The notes: a model not told the origin generated them from the sequence alone. Shown: positions 13,589 through 26,772, counted from the first letter of the stretch. The stretch is DNA of 64,000 nucleotides from Chiloscyllium plagiosum (GCF_004010195.1 NC_057719.1:63174478-63238477), one strand, 5' to 3'. Numbers and translations are program-made.

Positions 13589-14018
13589 AAGCAGAGGGGT
13601 CGAGATGGGATAATCATCTGCAGTTGTTGAATTCAATGTTGAGACCGGCAGGTTGTAACGTGCCGAGTCGGAAGATGAGATGCTGTTTCTCCAGTTTGTG
13701 TTGAGCTTCACTGGAACATCGCAGCAGGCCCAGGACAGACATGTGGGCACGGGAGCAGGATTGTGTGTTGAAGTGGCAAGCCACGGGAAGGTCCAGGACC
13801 TGATTGCGTACAGACCGAAGGTGCTCAGCAAAGCAATCACCTAGTCGGCTTTTTGTCTCTTCGATATAGAGGAGACCACATTGGGAGCAACGAATGCAAT
13901 AGACCAAATTGAAAGAGGTACAAGTGAAACGCTGCTTAATCTGAAATGAGTGTTTGGGGCCTTGGATGGTGAGCATGGAAGAGGTAAAGGGGCAGGTGTT
14001 GCACCTTCTGCGATTGCA

Positions 14019-14182
14019 TGGGAAGGTGCCGTGTGTGATGGCAGAGATGTTAGGTGTGATGGGAAGGTGCCGTGTGTGCTGGGAGTGGTGTTAGGTGTGA
14101 TGGGAAGGTGCCGTGTGTGATGGGAGAGATGTTAGGTGTGATGGGAAGGTGCCGTGTGTGCTGGGAGAAGTGTTAGGTGTGA
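14019..14182. repeat. Minisatellite, 4 x 41 bp (TGGGAAGGTGCCGTGTGTGATGG.AGAGATGTTAGGTGTGA) inside the PLE
   Basis: Units start at 14019, 14060, 14101 and 14142. Confidence 0.95.
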
Positions 14183-14310
14183 TGGAGGAGTGGACTAGGT
14201 TGTCCTGGAGGGAATGATCTCTGAGGAATGCAGACAGGGAGAGGGAAGGGAAGATGTGTTTAGTGGTGGCATCGTGTTGGAGTTGGCGAAAATGGCGGAG
14301 GATTATTCTT

Positions 14311-16297
14311 TGCATGTGAGACATGATCTCCCACGCACAAAGCCGTGTTGACTATCCCTAATCAGTCTTTGCCTTTCCAAATAAATGTACATCCTGTCCC
14401 TCAGGATTCCCTCCAACAACTTACCCATTACCGAGGCCAGGCTCACTGGTCTATAGTTCCCTGACTTGTCCTTACCACCTTTCTTAAACAATGGCACCAC
14501 GTTAGCCAACCTCCAGTCTTCCGGCACCTCACCTGTGACTATCGATGATATAAATATTTCAGCAGGAGGCCCAGCAATCACTTCTCTAGCTTCCCATGGA
14601 GTTCTATGATACACCTGATCAGGTCCTGGGGATCTATCCACCTTTATGCGTTTCAAGACATCCAGCACTTCCTCCTCTGTAATATGGACATTTTGCAAGG
14701 TATCGCCATCTATTTTGCTACTTTCTTTGTTATCTTCCATATCCTTTTCCACAATAAATACTGATGCAAAGTACTTGTTTAGTATCTCTCCCATTTTCTG
14801 CAGCTTCACACAAAGGCCGCCTTGCTGATCTTTGAGGGAAAGTGAGGTCTGCAGATGCTGGAGATTCCTGAAGAAGGGCTTATGCCCGAAACGTCGATTC
14901 TCCTGTTCTCTGGATGCTGTCTGACCTGCTGCGCTTTTCCAGCAACACATTTTCAGCTCTGATCTTTGAGGGACCCTATTCTCTCCCTAGTTATCCTTTT
15001 GTCCTTAATGTATTTGTAAAAACTCTTTGGATTCTCCTTGATTCTATTTGCCAAAGCTATCTCATGTCCCCGTTTTGCCCTCCTGATTTCACTCTTAATT
15101 ATACTCCTACTGCCTTTATACTCTTCTAAGGATTCACTCGATCTATCCTGTCTATACCTTACATATGCTTCCTTCTTTTTCGTAACCAAACCCTCAATTT
15201 CTTTAGTCATCCAACATTCCCTATACCTACCAGCCTTCCCTTTCACCCTAACAGAATATACATTCTCTGGATTCTCATTATCTCATTTCCGAAGGCTTCC
15301 CACTTTCCAGCTGTCTCTTTACCTGTGAACATCTGCCCCCAATGAGCTTTTGAAAGTTCTTGCTTAATACTGTCAAAATTTCCCATTCTCCAATTTAGAA
15401 CTTCAACTTTTAGATCTGGTCTATCCTTTTCCATCACTATTTAAAATCTAATAGAATTATGGTCGCTGACCCCAAAGTGCTCCCCCACTGACACCTCAGT
15501 CACCGCCCTGACTTATTTCCCAAGAGTAGGTCAAGTTTTGCACCTTCTCTAGTAGGTACATCCACAGTCTGAATCAGAAAGTGTTTTTGTACACACTTAA
15601 CAAATTCCTCTCCATCTAAGCCCTTAACACTATGGCAGTCCCAGTCTATGTTTGGAAAGTTAAAATCCCCTACCATAACCACTCTATTATTATTATAGAT
15701 AGCTGAAATGTCCTTACAAGTTTGTTTCTCTATTTCCCTCTGACTATTAGGGGGTCTATAATACAATTCCAATAAGGTGATCATCCCTTTCTTATTTCTC
15801 AGTTCCACCCAAATAACTTCCCTGGATGTATTTCCAGGAATATCCTCCCTCAGCACAGCTGTAATGCTATCCCTTATCAAAAATGCCACTCCCCCTCCTC
15901 TCTTGCCTCCCTTTCTATCCTTCCTGAAGCATTTGTATCCTGGAACATTAAGCTACCAGTCCTGCCCATCCCTGAGCCATATTTCTGTAATTGCTATGAT
16001 ATCCCAGTCCCATGTTCCTACCCATGCCCTGAGTTTATCTGCCTTCCCTGTTAGGCCCGTTGCATTAAAATAAAAGCAGTTTAATTTATTAGTCCTACCT
16101 TGTCCCTGCCTGCCCTGACTGTTTGACTCGCTTCTGTTCTCAACTGTACCAGTCTCAGATTGATCTCTTTCCTCACTATCTCCCTAGGCCCCAACGTGCA
16201 CCCCAACCCCCCCACCCCCCACCTTACTCCCAAGCAGGTCGAGCAAATCTCCCCGCCAGTATATTAGTCCCCTTCCAATTTAGGTGCAATCCGTCCA
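14311..16297 (-). mobile_element. CR1 LINE segment: end of ORF1, APE endonuclease and N-terminal RT
   Basis: VGDFNFPNIDW, RSPGPDQVY, GNYRPVSL and SQHGFVRGRSCLT; carries a PLE-terminus insertion at 14840-14958. Confidence 0.93.
14868..14895 (+). ncRNA. Minimal hammerhead ribozyme core in PLE terminus
   Basis: CUGAAGA-A-GGGC(UUAU)GCCC-GAAA-CGUC. Confidence 0.7.
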
Positions 16298-16301
16298 TTT
16301 T

Positions 16302-16615
16302 GTCTTTTCCTTAGATGGTGGAATCCAGAACTAGAGGGCATAGGTTCAGGGGAAAGATATAAAAGAGTCCTAATGGGCAACCTTTTCATACAGAGGGTGG
16401 TGCGTGTAGAGAATGAGCTGCCAGAGGAAGTGGTGGAGGCTGGTACAATTACCACACTTAAAAGGCATCTGGATGGGCAGGTGAATACGAAGGGTTTAGA
16501 CAGATATGGGCCAAATGCTGGCCAATGGGACTAGATTAGGTTGGGATATCTGGTTGGCATGGACAAGTTGCACTGGAGGATCTGTTTCCATGCTGTACAT
16601 CTCTAAGATTCTGTG
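16302..16615 (+). mobile_element. CR1 3' end
   Basis: NELPEEVVEAGT coding end followed by the 3' UTR. Confidence 0.9.
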
Positions 16616-17199
16616 ACTGTGTTTCTGATTTAAAGTAAGCATTGCAGACATTGCAGACTCAATCAAATGAATCTCACAATAGTATTCTCATGTCAGGTGT
16701 GACTGAAGTGGCTTTGCGTTTAAACTGAATACATTGTGAATCTCAATGGGATAAACTGTTTCATATTTTATATGTGTTCTGTGTGGTCAAGTTGGAGGTA
16801 TCTAGAGGGAGAATTTTGATGTTAATATTTCTGGCATGAAATGGATCAGTAGGCATTACATTTTATCCCCTGATAGCCATTCCTCCAAAATTTACTCATA
16901 ATTTTGGCTGTGGCAACGTCATTTAGATTTATTTATTTAAGTTACATAACATTTTGCAGGATGTATTTTTGGATCAAACACTTTAATATTGCATATGTTT
17001 GCATCAGGATCCACAGCCAAATAAGCATGGGTGCAGACATTGTAAAGCATTGTAAATAAATTGCTGCACATTTAGAAACTGGTGTCACCTCTGTATTACT
17101 CTGAGGAAAATCAAATATGTTGATTATACAGGAAACCAAGGAAAGCACATCTCTGGGCATGAAGTATTGCTAAAATTCAGGGAGTTTTCAAATTAGAGT

Positions 17200-18400
17200 T
17201 TGTGAAAAATTTAACTACGACCATGAAGCAGAAGGAAATTAATAAAAGATGCTAACATGTAAAGAATAAAAAAGGACTTCATGTTCCAGCAAAATGAACT
17301 GAAGCTGCAATTGCAGTTGTGTAGAGTGAAAATGATTGTCACAAATCATATTCTGAGGACAGTCACAAAGCTTATTAAAAGCAAAATACAGTGGGTGCTG
17401 AAACACTGAAACAAACGCAGAATGCCAGAGAAACCCAACAGGTCAGCCAGTATTTGAGGAGACAGAAGCACAGAGTGAACCCTTGGAGTCTGATATAACC
17501 CTTTTTCAGTACCTTCTTAAAGAGGAGGCATACCAGACTCGAAATATTAACTCTATTACCATCCATAGATATCGAGTTTCATCCGTCTTCTTTGTTGAGG
17601 CAAGTTCATTGATGGTCCAGAGCAAGGGATTGCTATGAAGTCATGAAAGGGTTAAATGCAATTGTTGATGATCCAAGTTGTTCTAAACTAAAATTACTGA
17701 CATCGCACAATAACCAAAAAAAAAGATTGGTGGTGGTTTGAGGAGAAATAGAGGGCAATGTCAAACATGAATAATTCAGCTCATTTTGCTTTGCCTCTAA
17801 AAGAGCTGAATAGGATTTTCCAGCCTTAGACACATTACTCTGAATTCACATGAAGAATATTTTGAATGACTGGTCTCAAACCAAAAAAAAAAGAAAATTC
17901 TTTGCTAAGCAGTAACGTGGAAAAAGAAGAACTGAATATACCCTATCCTCCTTTGCGCCAGAGAAAATGTGCATTGTATTTTGGTGGGAAAGAATTGGAT
18001 ACATTAGACAGCTGCATGTCCTTTACAATCTCGATCATGTCGAAATGATGCAGGAAGTTATTAGAAATAACAGATGGCAAGCACTGAGTTACAACACAAT
18101 AATTCAACTGAACAACACTGATAATGGCATGAAGAACAGCACCAAAGACTTTCCCGACATCAGCAGAACCCCCAGATTCAATTACTGTCAAGCTCCACTG
18201 CAAGTCTTTTCATATCCTGTGCTTTAATCTGTAGATTGTTCATCAAGCACACTGTAAGCAGTAGAAGTGATCAAAGTCAATGGTTAATAAACATGAGGGA
18301 TGAGAGCATGCGACATCACACAGTCACTGCTGAAATAAATGTCAATTGCTTATCTTAAATTAAGTGTGTAAACATATTATCCATATAGTTGTGCATCAAT
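17200..18400 (+). mobile_element. Highly decayed Gypsy gag-protease relic
   Basis: DCYEVMK-like gag motif near 17630, degenerate zinc-knuckle region (PRFNYCQ) near 18170 and RD...QSLL protease-like motif near 18295; many stops. Confidence 0.45.
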
Positions 18401-19189
18401 AATGTGAAATGCCTTCAGCCACAGACTCCTGTGCTAGGTATACCAGCAAAACAAACTCAATGTGGTTGGTAAAAACCTCACGAATTTATAAACCTCTACA
18501 AGGTCACCCCTCAACCACCTATGTTCCAGTGAAAAAAGACCTATCCAGCCTCTCCTTTTACCTCAATCCCTCCATTCCTGGCAACCTCCTGGTAAATCTT
18601 TCTTGAACCTTATAACTTCCTGACTATATATTTTCTCCCAATTTAAGGACCACGGGAATAGTCCAAAATTGAATATTGATATCATATACTCTTGGTACCT
18701 TGAACATAAACTATTTAACTGTTTGAACACAGATCAGTATTTCCTGAGGGATTTGATATATTCATGTTTGGAAGGTAGTGCATTTCTGTTTGAAGTCATG
18801 CACCCAAAATATTAATTTCCTGCATTACACCAGTGACCGCATTTCAAAAACCACTTTATTGGCTGTAAATTGCTTTGGGATAATCTGGGTCCATGAAAGG
18901 TGCTGTAGAAAATGTAAGACTCTTGTTTTTAACTTGTTCTCCCCACAGACATTGAGGCTGTTTTGAGTTTTGCAGCACTTTACCCTTTCTTGTTTCTTTA
19001 CATCAAAAGGCATTTTTTTTGTTTCAAGTTGAAAATCATCTTACCATTAAATTTTGTATCCCTTGGAACAAAAGTTGCATTTCTTTACAGCAAACTAAGA
19101 TGAAAACAAATTCACTTCTCTGGTGCAACAATACATTCATGGATACGTAATATCAATATTAAGTGTTGACCTATTTCTGTGGTTGTTAA

Positions 19190-20617
19190 TCATAGAGTCA
19201 TAGAGATGTACAGCATGGAAACAGACCCTTCGGTCCAACCTGTCCATGCCGACCAGATATCCCAACCCAATCTAGCCCCACCTGCCAGCACTCAGCCCAT
19301 ATCCCTCCAAACCTTTCCTATTGTAAAGGATGAAATTACGGAACATCTGGATAGTAGTAACAGGATAGGACAGAGTCAGCATGGATTTATGAAGGGGAAA
19401 TCATGGTTGACAAATCTTCTTGAATTTTTTTGAGGATGTAACTCTGAAGATGGACGAGGGAGATCCAGTAGATGTAGTGTACCTGGGCTTTCAGAAAGCT
19501 TTTGATAAACTCCCACACAGGAGATTAGTGAGTAAAATTAGGGCGCATGGTATTGGGGGCAAAGTACTAGATTGGATTGAAAATTGGCTGGCTGATAGGG
19601 ATCAAAGGGTAGTGATAAATGGTTCCATTTCGGAGTGGCAGGCAATGACCAGTGGGGTACCGCAGGGATCAGTGCTGGGACCGCAGCTTTTTACAATATA
19701 TATTAATGATATAGAAGATGGTATCAGCAATAACATTAGCAAATTTGCTGATGATACTAAACTGGGTGGCAGGGTGAAATGTGAGGAGGATGTTAGGAGA
19801 TTACAGGGTGACCTGGACANNNNNNNNNNNNNNNNNNNNNNNNNNNNNNNNNNNNNNNNNNNNNNNNNNNNNNNNNNNNNNNNNNNNNNNNNNNNNNNNN
19901 NNNNNNNNNNNNNNNNNNNNNNNNNNNNNNNNNNNNNNNNNNNNNNNNNNNNNNNNNNNNNNNNNNNNNNNNNNNNNNNNNNNNNNNNNNNNNNNNNNNN
20001 NNNNNNNNNNNNNNNNNNNNNNNNNNNNNNNNNNNNNNNNNNNNNNNNNNNNNNNNNNNNNNNNNNNNNNNNNNNNNNNNNNNNNNNNNNNNNNNNNNNN
20101 NNNNNNNNNNNNGGGGTAGGCCATTTAGGACAGAGATGAGGAGAAGCTTCTTCACCCAGAGAGTGGTGGCTGTGTGGGATGCTCTGCCCCAGAGGGCAGT
20201 GGAGGCCTAGTCTCTGGATTCATTTAAGAAAGAGTTGGATAGAGCTCTCAAAGATAGTGGAATCAAGGGTTATGGAGATAAGGCAGGAACAGGATACTGA
20301 TTAAGGATGATCAGCCATGATCATATTGAATGGCGGTGCAGGCTCGAAGGGCTGAATGGCCTACTCCTGCACCTATTGTCTATTGTCTATTGTCTATTCA
20401 TATACCCATCCAAATACCTTTTAAATGTTGCAATTGTACCAGCCTCCAACACTTCCTCTGGCAGCTCATTCCATACACAGACCACCCTCTGTGTGAAAAA
20501 GTTGACCCTTACGTCTCTTTTAAATCTTTCCCCTCTCACCCTAAACCTATGCCCTCTAGTTCTGGACTCCCCCACCCCAGGGAAAAGACCTTGTCTATTT
20601 ATCCTATCCATGCCCCT
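19190..20617 (-). mobile_element. CR1 3' end (19190-19322 and 20396-20617) interrupted by another CR1
   Basis: The consensus aaaccnttcctatt|catatacccatcc is split by the inner element. Confidence 0.88.
19323..20395 (+). mobile_element. CR1 RT fragment of a different subfamily with (TATTGTC)n tail
   Basis: ORF 19420-20139: [28 protein letters not shown]. Confidence 0.93.
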
Positions 20618-20639
20618 CAAGTGGGAGAAAATATATAGT

Positions 20640-22200
20640 CAGAAAGTTATAAGGTTCAGAAAGGATTTACTATGCTGGGAATGGAGGGTTTGAGTTATAA
20701 GGAGAGGCTGGATAGGACTGGACTGGAGCGTAGATTTAGGGGTAATCTGAGAGAGGTTTATAAAATCAGGAAGGTATAGATAAGGTGAACGTAGGTGTTT
20801 CTTCCCTAGGGTGGGGAATTTCAAGACTAGGGGGTATATTTTTAAGGTGAGAGGAGAAAGAATTTAAAAAGTGAGGGGGGCAATTTGTTTTACAGAGTGG
20901 ATTAAACTTCCTGAGGAAGTGGTAGATACAAGTATAGTTACAATGTTTAAAAGACATTTAGATAAGTACATGAATAAGAAATGTTTGGAGGGATATGAGC
21001 CAAGTGCAGGAAGCTGGGCCTAGTTTAGTTTGGGATAATGGTTGGCATGGATTGGTTGGACCAAAGGTTCCATGCTGTTTGACCCTATGAATGGAATTCA
21101 CTAGGGTAGAAATTGAAAGAGAGCTGTGGTCCACTTTGTCGGATAGGAATAAAAATGGAATTTATATCACTTTTGTTGTTGGAGGAGCAGAGGGACCTGA
21201 TGGCTTGTGCACACATGGCAAGTGACAAGGCAAGATGAGAGAGCAGATAAGTATGATTATGGGATCCTAGACTTTGCAAGTAGGGTTGTAGAATACAAAA
21301 TCGAGGAAATTATGATAAACCTGCTCAAAACATTAGTTTGGTCTCAACTGGGTTACTGCGGGTTAGTCAGTACTGACAAGGACTGCAAAAGAATTACAGA
21401 AGGGCATAAATAAATTTGCAAAAATAATTGGCAGATGAATTTCAATGCAGAAAAATGTGAGGTGGTACAGTTTTGTAGAAGAATTGCAAGGCGACGTCAG
21501 TTGGCAGGTGTAAATGTATGCAAGGATAGAAGAACAAACTAATTTCTAAATACAAGTGCAACAAATCATGCAAAGTTCTAGCACAGATTAGCAAGGCCAT
21601 ATTAAAAAAAATGAAGTTTTAAGCATTAGGTGTTATTGCAGGAGAATAGCGTTGACAACAAAACAGTACCAAACATTGGTTAGACTACAACTAGAGCACT
21701 GCAGTTCTGATTGCCATATTATAGCAATAACATGGAAGCACTGGAGAGAGGTATGGAGAATATTTACAAGAATAATACTGGAAAAACAATGACATATTTA
21801 TTAAGGAAAGATTGACAGACTAAACCATTTTCCTCTTAACAAAGAGCTTTAAAAATGCGCACATTTTGATAGTGTATACACATTAGATTTTGTCTTGCAG
21901 GGGAGAGGGTAAGTAGAGGCTTGCAACGCAAGATAGTCAAAAAGAAATCCAATAGAAAATTCAGAAGTAGCCTTTTCACCCAAAGAAGTGTGAAAGTGGA
22001 ACTCAGTCTCAGAATGGGTGGTTGAAAGGAATAGTATGGATGAAATAAAGGAGAGATTAGATAACTGTGTGAGGAGAAAGTGAATAGAGGGTTATGATGA
22101 TAACTTAAGTTGAGAAAGTTTGAGAAGAAGCCCCCAGTGGAATGTAAGTAGCAACCAGGACAAGTTAGGCTCAATACCCAGTTGCTGTACTGAATATCCT
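20640..22200 (+). mobile_element. CR1 3' fragments (younger 20640-21090; old and decayed 21190-22200)
   Basis: Degenerate KTLVxxQLxYC, WQMNFNAEKCEV and FTQR motifs. Confidence 0.7.
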
Positions 22201-23238
22201 ACATAATGCTACATATAAACTTAACAGCAGCCAGGAAAGAATAACGTTATCAATTTCACAGAGGTCAGATCATTTTATTTTCTGTATGTTGTATACGTGT
22301 CAATCGGATTTGTTCTGAATCCACTTTCAACAAATGCAAGACACTCAGCCACCTTCGAATACAAAATGACAGAGAAGAACAATTCAATCTATGAAGTTTA
22401 TGAGACATCCCCAGCAGACTTATGGAATAAAGTAAGAATAGATCTGTTGGCATAAGATTATCAGCAAAAACCCTTTAAGTAATATTTTGACATATGTCAT
22501 ACCAAATTTAAACAGCACCCGCCAGTTTATGCTGCAGTAATAGTATATTGTGAACAGTCAATATAATGCAGTCTCCTAAAAAAAGTGCTTAGACAGTGAT
22601 ATTTTGTGTAATACTTGAAAGTCAAAGTGGCTGCTTTTATTAAAATTAATTTCTTGCCTCACGGTATATGCAAGTTGACCATTCATAGTTTTAATAAGCG
22701 TCAAATGTTCTCTTCAAGTGTGTGGGAAGAAAGTGAAGCGAGATTCTTGCTGAACCTTTTCCCAACATGACCCCATTTCAAGGCTTGAAAATTATTGTGA
22801 CCCCTCAGAGGAGAGTGGGCCGAGATGAGGGATTAGAGTTAGAGTTACTGCGAAACTAGGAGCCTGTCTATTTGAGTGAAAGGGCAGCTGTTATATGTCA
22901 GTCAGCAGTCCATGGCAGGCACTGCTATCTTACAGCTCGTAATCCCATTTTGAGAAACACTGCATGAGGTATTCTAATTTTTAAAATTGGCTTCGCACTT
23001 GTTTTGAGGTAATGTTTGCTTTTCTGCTCATTAAAATGCTATGCTCAGGGAAGGCCTCAAGTTCCAAGCAGAAAGCCCCCATCGCACCCCACACCCACCC
23101 CCTCAGCTAGCTTTGGAATCTCACCCAGTCAATATTGGGCTCTTAGCCTCCCTCGTAACAGCTCCCACAAAGGGTGAGCAGGTAATGGGGTTAATAAGGA
23201 ATTCTGTCAAATAAAGGTGAGATGGCAGTAAAGGTATA

Positions 23239-23861
23239 CAGAGGAATCTCAATTATCCGAATATCAATTATCCGAATATTAATTATCCGAATATCGGATT
23301 ACCCAAAGGAGATCTTGAAGTCCCGATAGAAACATGACACCAAAGACGTGTTTCCAACACTGATCGCATCTTTTGTTTACAGTGATTAAAAGTGATCTGG
23401 CTCACTGAACTGCTGCTGAGAACAGTCCAGGACTGATGGGAGCTCAGGCACTGTCTCCAAATGACTGTCCAAATCTCTCCAACATTGTTCTGTATACAGG
23501 GCAAAGGTGGAACCTATCAAGATGTCGTAATAAAAAGACGTGTGTATAGTTTTGTGTGTTCGTGTGAGTGTGCGCGCGCGCGCGTGTGTACATGTGTGCG
23601 TGTGTGTGTGTGTATGAGTGTGTGTGTGCGCGTGTACGCTATTTGGAGATTCACCCCCCCCCCCCAAAAGGCAGCTGCAGCAGTCTTGTTGTTGGTGTCC
23701 ACTTTGCGCGATGTGCTGCTGCCTAGTCTCCTGAATGGGGAGTGGACTTAACAGAAAACTCCGAGTCCCAGAGGAAAGGCATTTAATCAATTAACCAAAT
23801 AATCAATTATCCAACCAAAATAGTGCCTGCCCATCTCGTTAGGATAATTGAGGTTCCTCTG
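23239..23861. mobile_element. Tc1/mariner (Tigger/pogo-like) MITE, 623 bp
   Basis: TIRs CAGAGGAATCTCAATTATCC / GGATAATTGAGGTTCCTCTG; TA on both sides; subterminal AATTATCCGAAT repeats; internal GT/GC microsatellite. Confidence 0.9.
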
Positions 23862-23869
23862 TATTAAGA

Positions 23870-24155
23870 GGTATTTTTTAAAAGTGTGTCTGTTTAATCT
23901 GTCAAAGTACTCATCAAATGCCTTCAGTACCTGGCCATATATTATTGAATCTTCAGTAAGCCCTTGCCTGATCAGTGCATCATTAGTGCAGCCTCCCACT
24001 GAGTACAAGAATATTTTGGCCTGTTCTCTGTCCAATCTGTGGTAACTCTGAACCATTGAAATCCTCAGTGTCATGGTCTGGTCCAGGTCCTCCACGTGGT
24101 GGAGTGTCTCAGGGAATTCAAGTGGCTTCGCCATAATGAGATTAGGGTGTATCAT
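23870..24155 (-). mobile_element. Gypsy gag N-terminal relic
   Basis: EQAKIFLYSVG...YGQVLKAFDEYF resembles the Gypsy gag QxxxLLYxxG...YxxVxxxFxxYF pattern. Confidence 0.65.
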
Positions 24156-24519
24156 ATCCTATCAGGTTAAACTTTCCAATGCTGTTTTCATGTACCATTT
24201 GAGGCTGACAGTTGTGATTTCTGACAGTTCCACTCACTGCTTATTTTGATCACAGCAGATTACCCTTGTACTGAAGTCCACGTGTTATAAGTTCTGCCAG
24301 ATTTGCTCACCAGTAGAACCTGGCAATTCATTTGGTTCTGAGACCACCTATTCTGATCTCTGCCTCTGTTCTGTGCACCACTGTTCCTCTGTCTGTTGTG
24401 TTTTTTGTTGTCGCATCAGAGTATGGTTGCTTTTACTGCTTGTGCTCACCCATTATTTACATTATCCTGGCTGTTCTGGGCACCATTTAGTGCCATTTAT
24501 CTAATCAACAGGAAAAGCT

Positions 24520-24770
24520 TTTAGGTTCCATTGATTCAACAGGCATACCAGGACCCTGAAGAGAGCATCGACTCATTTATATATGATTTATATCAACTTG
24601 GAGACAATTACATCGCTGGCTTCTTGAAAGAAAAGCAAATCTAAATCACATTGTCTTCTTGCTCCATGACAAGGCCATTTAGATCTCATCCAGACGAGAG
24701 AGAGCCTTACATTGCCAGGACAGCTAGCCTGGCATTGGGAAATGCAAAGACAGAGCAAGCTCCTAATTAG
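24520..24770 (+). mobile_element. Gypsy gag capsid-region relic
   Basis: QDPEESIDSFIYDLYQL...LKEK...SLTL resembles QxxxExxDxFIxDLYxL...LTL. Confidence 0.65.
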
Positions 24771-24899
24771 GAGGGAATGAGATCTTTCATTTGCAAAGTC
24801 ATCAAACCCAGGAGCTTGAACGTATCGGCTAACACATCATCCTTGGCAGAAGAGGGCACTATAGATATTAGTACTTAGTATTCCAGACATAGCGCAAGT

Positions 24900-25780
24900 A
24901 GGTCCCACTGGCATGAACAATGTGCTGTCAGACAGTGCCAGCAGTGCCAGTGGGAGCAGAGGCCATTTCGGAGCAGCGTGCTAGAAACTTCTGCATCTGA
25001 GGACCTGATCCCCTCCAGGGCCAAACAGATCCATGAATGTGGAATGAGGAAGTGGAAACCCCACAATTATCTGAAGAGCCTTGCTTCCAGTAGCCCAAAA
25101 AACAATGGCTATCTGATGGGCAGAGCTCTTTGTCGATGGCCATTAGACTGAATTTAAACTGCAATATAGAACAGCAACCTCCAGTGTCTTCAATGCAGCA
25201 CAGCAGTTGAGAGCAGAGCTCCTTTAGCCTTCCCACAGTCTGCCTTCATTACCTGGGGCACCTCACTGGGGTCAGGATGGTATGTCTGAGAGAAGAGGCA
25301 AGAGATTACACAGACATTCAGCATCCTTCCAAATCAACATTCCTCTTTGTTGAACATGGCCTTTCAACTTGGTTACTTAGCATCAAGAGAGAAAATCTGT
25401 CCTGGTCCACACCACTTTGAAGCAGTTGTGTCGACTGTATTGCACATGGGCAGCCACAGGATGATGGTACAGACAGGATACTGCCCCTCGGAGAAGAGGT
25501 GGAAGAAGACACCAGAGAGGGTATCACTGACTGCGCTAGCCAAATGGTAGCAGGAGGCTCTGAACCTCACACTGCTCTCCAAGAGGAGAGTGCGGGGGAG
25601 TGACCGCTAAGCTCCTACCATGCTGGAGAAGGAAAATCTAGGCAGCTCTCTAAGCACACAGTGGATGACCAACCACGGCAGCAAAAAGCCATTTATCAGA
25701 GAGCTCTGGGCAGCCTTGTCCCAGGGGAAGAGGTGTAGTACAGCCACTGAGGAAGTGTCCATCTCCACAGAGGTCTCTGA
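24900..25780 (-). mobile_element. Possible ancient LINE RT relic
   Basis: Only a weak SDTL...HLFSE (xDL...LFADD-like) motif followed by KW; heavily degraded. Confidence 0.3.
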
Positions 25781-25786
25781 GGTCCC

Positions 25787-26100
25787 AGATTAGATTAGAT
25801 TATCTACAGTGTGGAAACAGACCCTTCAGCCCAACCAGTTCACACCAACCCTCCAAAGGGTAACCCACCCAGACCCATTTCCCTCTGACTAATGCAACTA
25901 ACACTATGGGAAATTTAGCATGGCCAATTCACCTGACCAGCACTTCTTTGAACTGTGAGAGGAAACCGGAGCATCCGGAGGAAACCCACTCAGTCACAGG
26001 GAGAGCATACCAACTCCACATAGACAGTCATCCGAGGCTGGAATCGAACCTAGGACCCTGGTGCTGTGAGGCAGCAGTGCTAACCACTGAGCCACCACAC
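25787..26100 (-). mobile_element. HE1 SINE (tRNA-derived V-SINE)
   Basis: Minus strand GGTGGCTCAGTGGTTAGCAC (A box), GGTTCGATTCC (B box) and (TCTAA)n tail. Confidence 0.93.
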
Positions 26101-26207
26101 TACCCCAATGTCTGTGATGATGATAAACTGTCTGATCCTCCAGTACAGACCCACATTCAGACAACTGAACATATAAGGCTGAAGCTTTAGAAGAGCCATC
26201 GGTTAAA

Positions 26208-26772
26208 TGATGTCTTTTAAATGTTGCAATTGCACCAGCCTCCACCACTTCCTCTGGCAGTTCATTCCACACACGCACTACTCTCTGCGTGACAACATTG
26301 CCCCTTAGGTCCCTTTTATATCTTTCCCCTCTCACACTGAACCTATGCCCTCTAGTTCTGGATTCCCCCACCCCAGGGGAAAGACTTTGTCTATTTACCC
26401 TATCCATGCCCCTCATGATTTTATAAACCTCGATAAGGTCACCCCTCAGCCTCCAACGCTTCAGGAAAAACAGCCCCAGCCTGTTCAACCTCTCCCTATA
26501 GCTCAAACTCTCCAACCCTGGCAACATCCCTTGTAAATTTTTTCTGAACCCTTTCAAGTTTCACACCATCTTTCCGATAGGCAGGAGACCAGAATTGCAC
26601 GCAATATTCCAACAGTGGCCTAACCAATGTCCGATACAGCCGCAACATGACCTCCCAACCTCTGTACTCAATACACTGACCGAATAAAGGAGAGCATACC
26701 AAACACCTTCTTCACTCTCCTATCTACCTGCAACTCCACTTTCAAGGAGCTATGAACCTGCACTCCAAGGTC
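26208..26772 (-). mobile_element. CR1 RT C-terminal fragment
   Basis: LVRPLLEYCVQFWSP and RLRGDLIEVYKIMRG. Confidence 0.92.

Larger units (their letters stand above)
9410..14310 (-). mobile_element. Penelope-like element interrupted by a CR1 (PLE parts 9410-9905 and 13590-14310)
   Basis: GIY-YIG-type ORF 13614-13976 NLVYCIRCSQCGLLYIEETKSRLGDCFAEHL; the purine-rich spacer and PLE terminus resume at 9905 down to 9410. Confidence 0.82.

Noticed and set aside
14019..14182. CRISPR-like regular repeats (also 62294-62468)
   Set aside because: Head-to-tail tandem units without unique spacers, in a eukaryotic retroposon context.
22740..22962. hAT-like MITE ending TTGAGAAACACTG
   Set aside because: A matching left TIR and 8-bp TSD could not be found.
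23386..23790. His/Thr- and Cys/Val-rich ORFs (also 63599-63898)
   Set aside because: Translations of CA/GT microsatellites.
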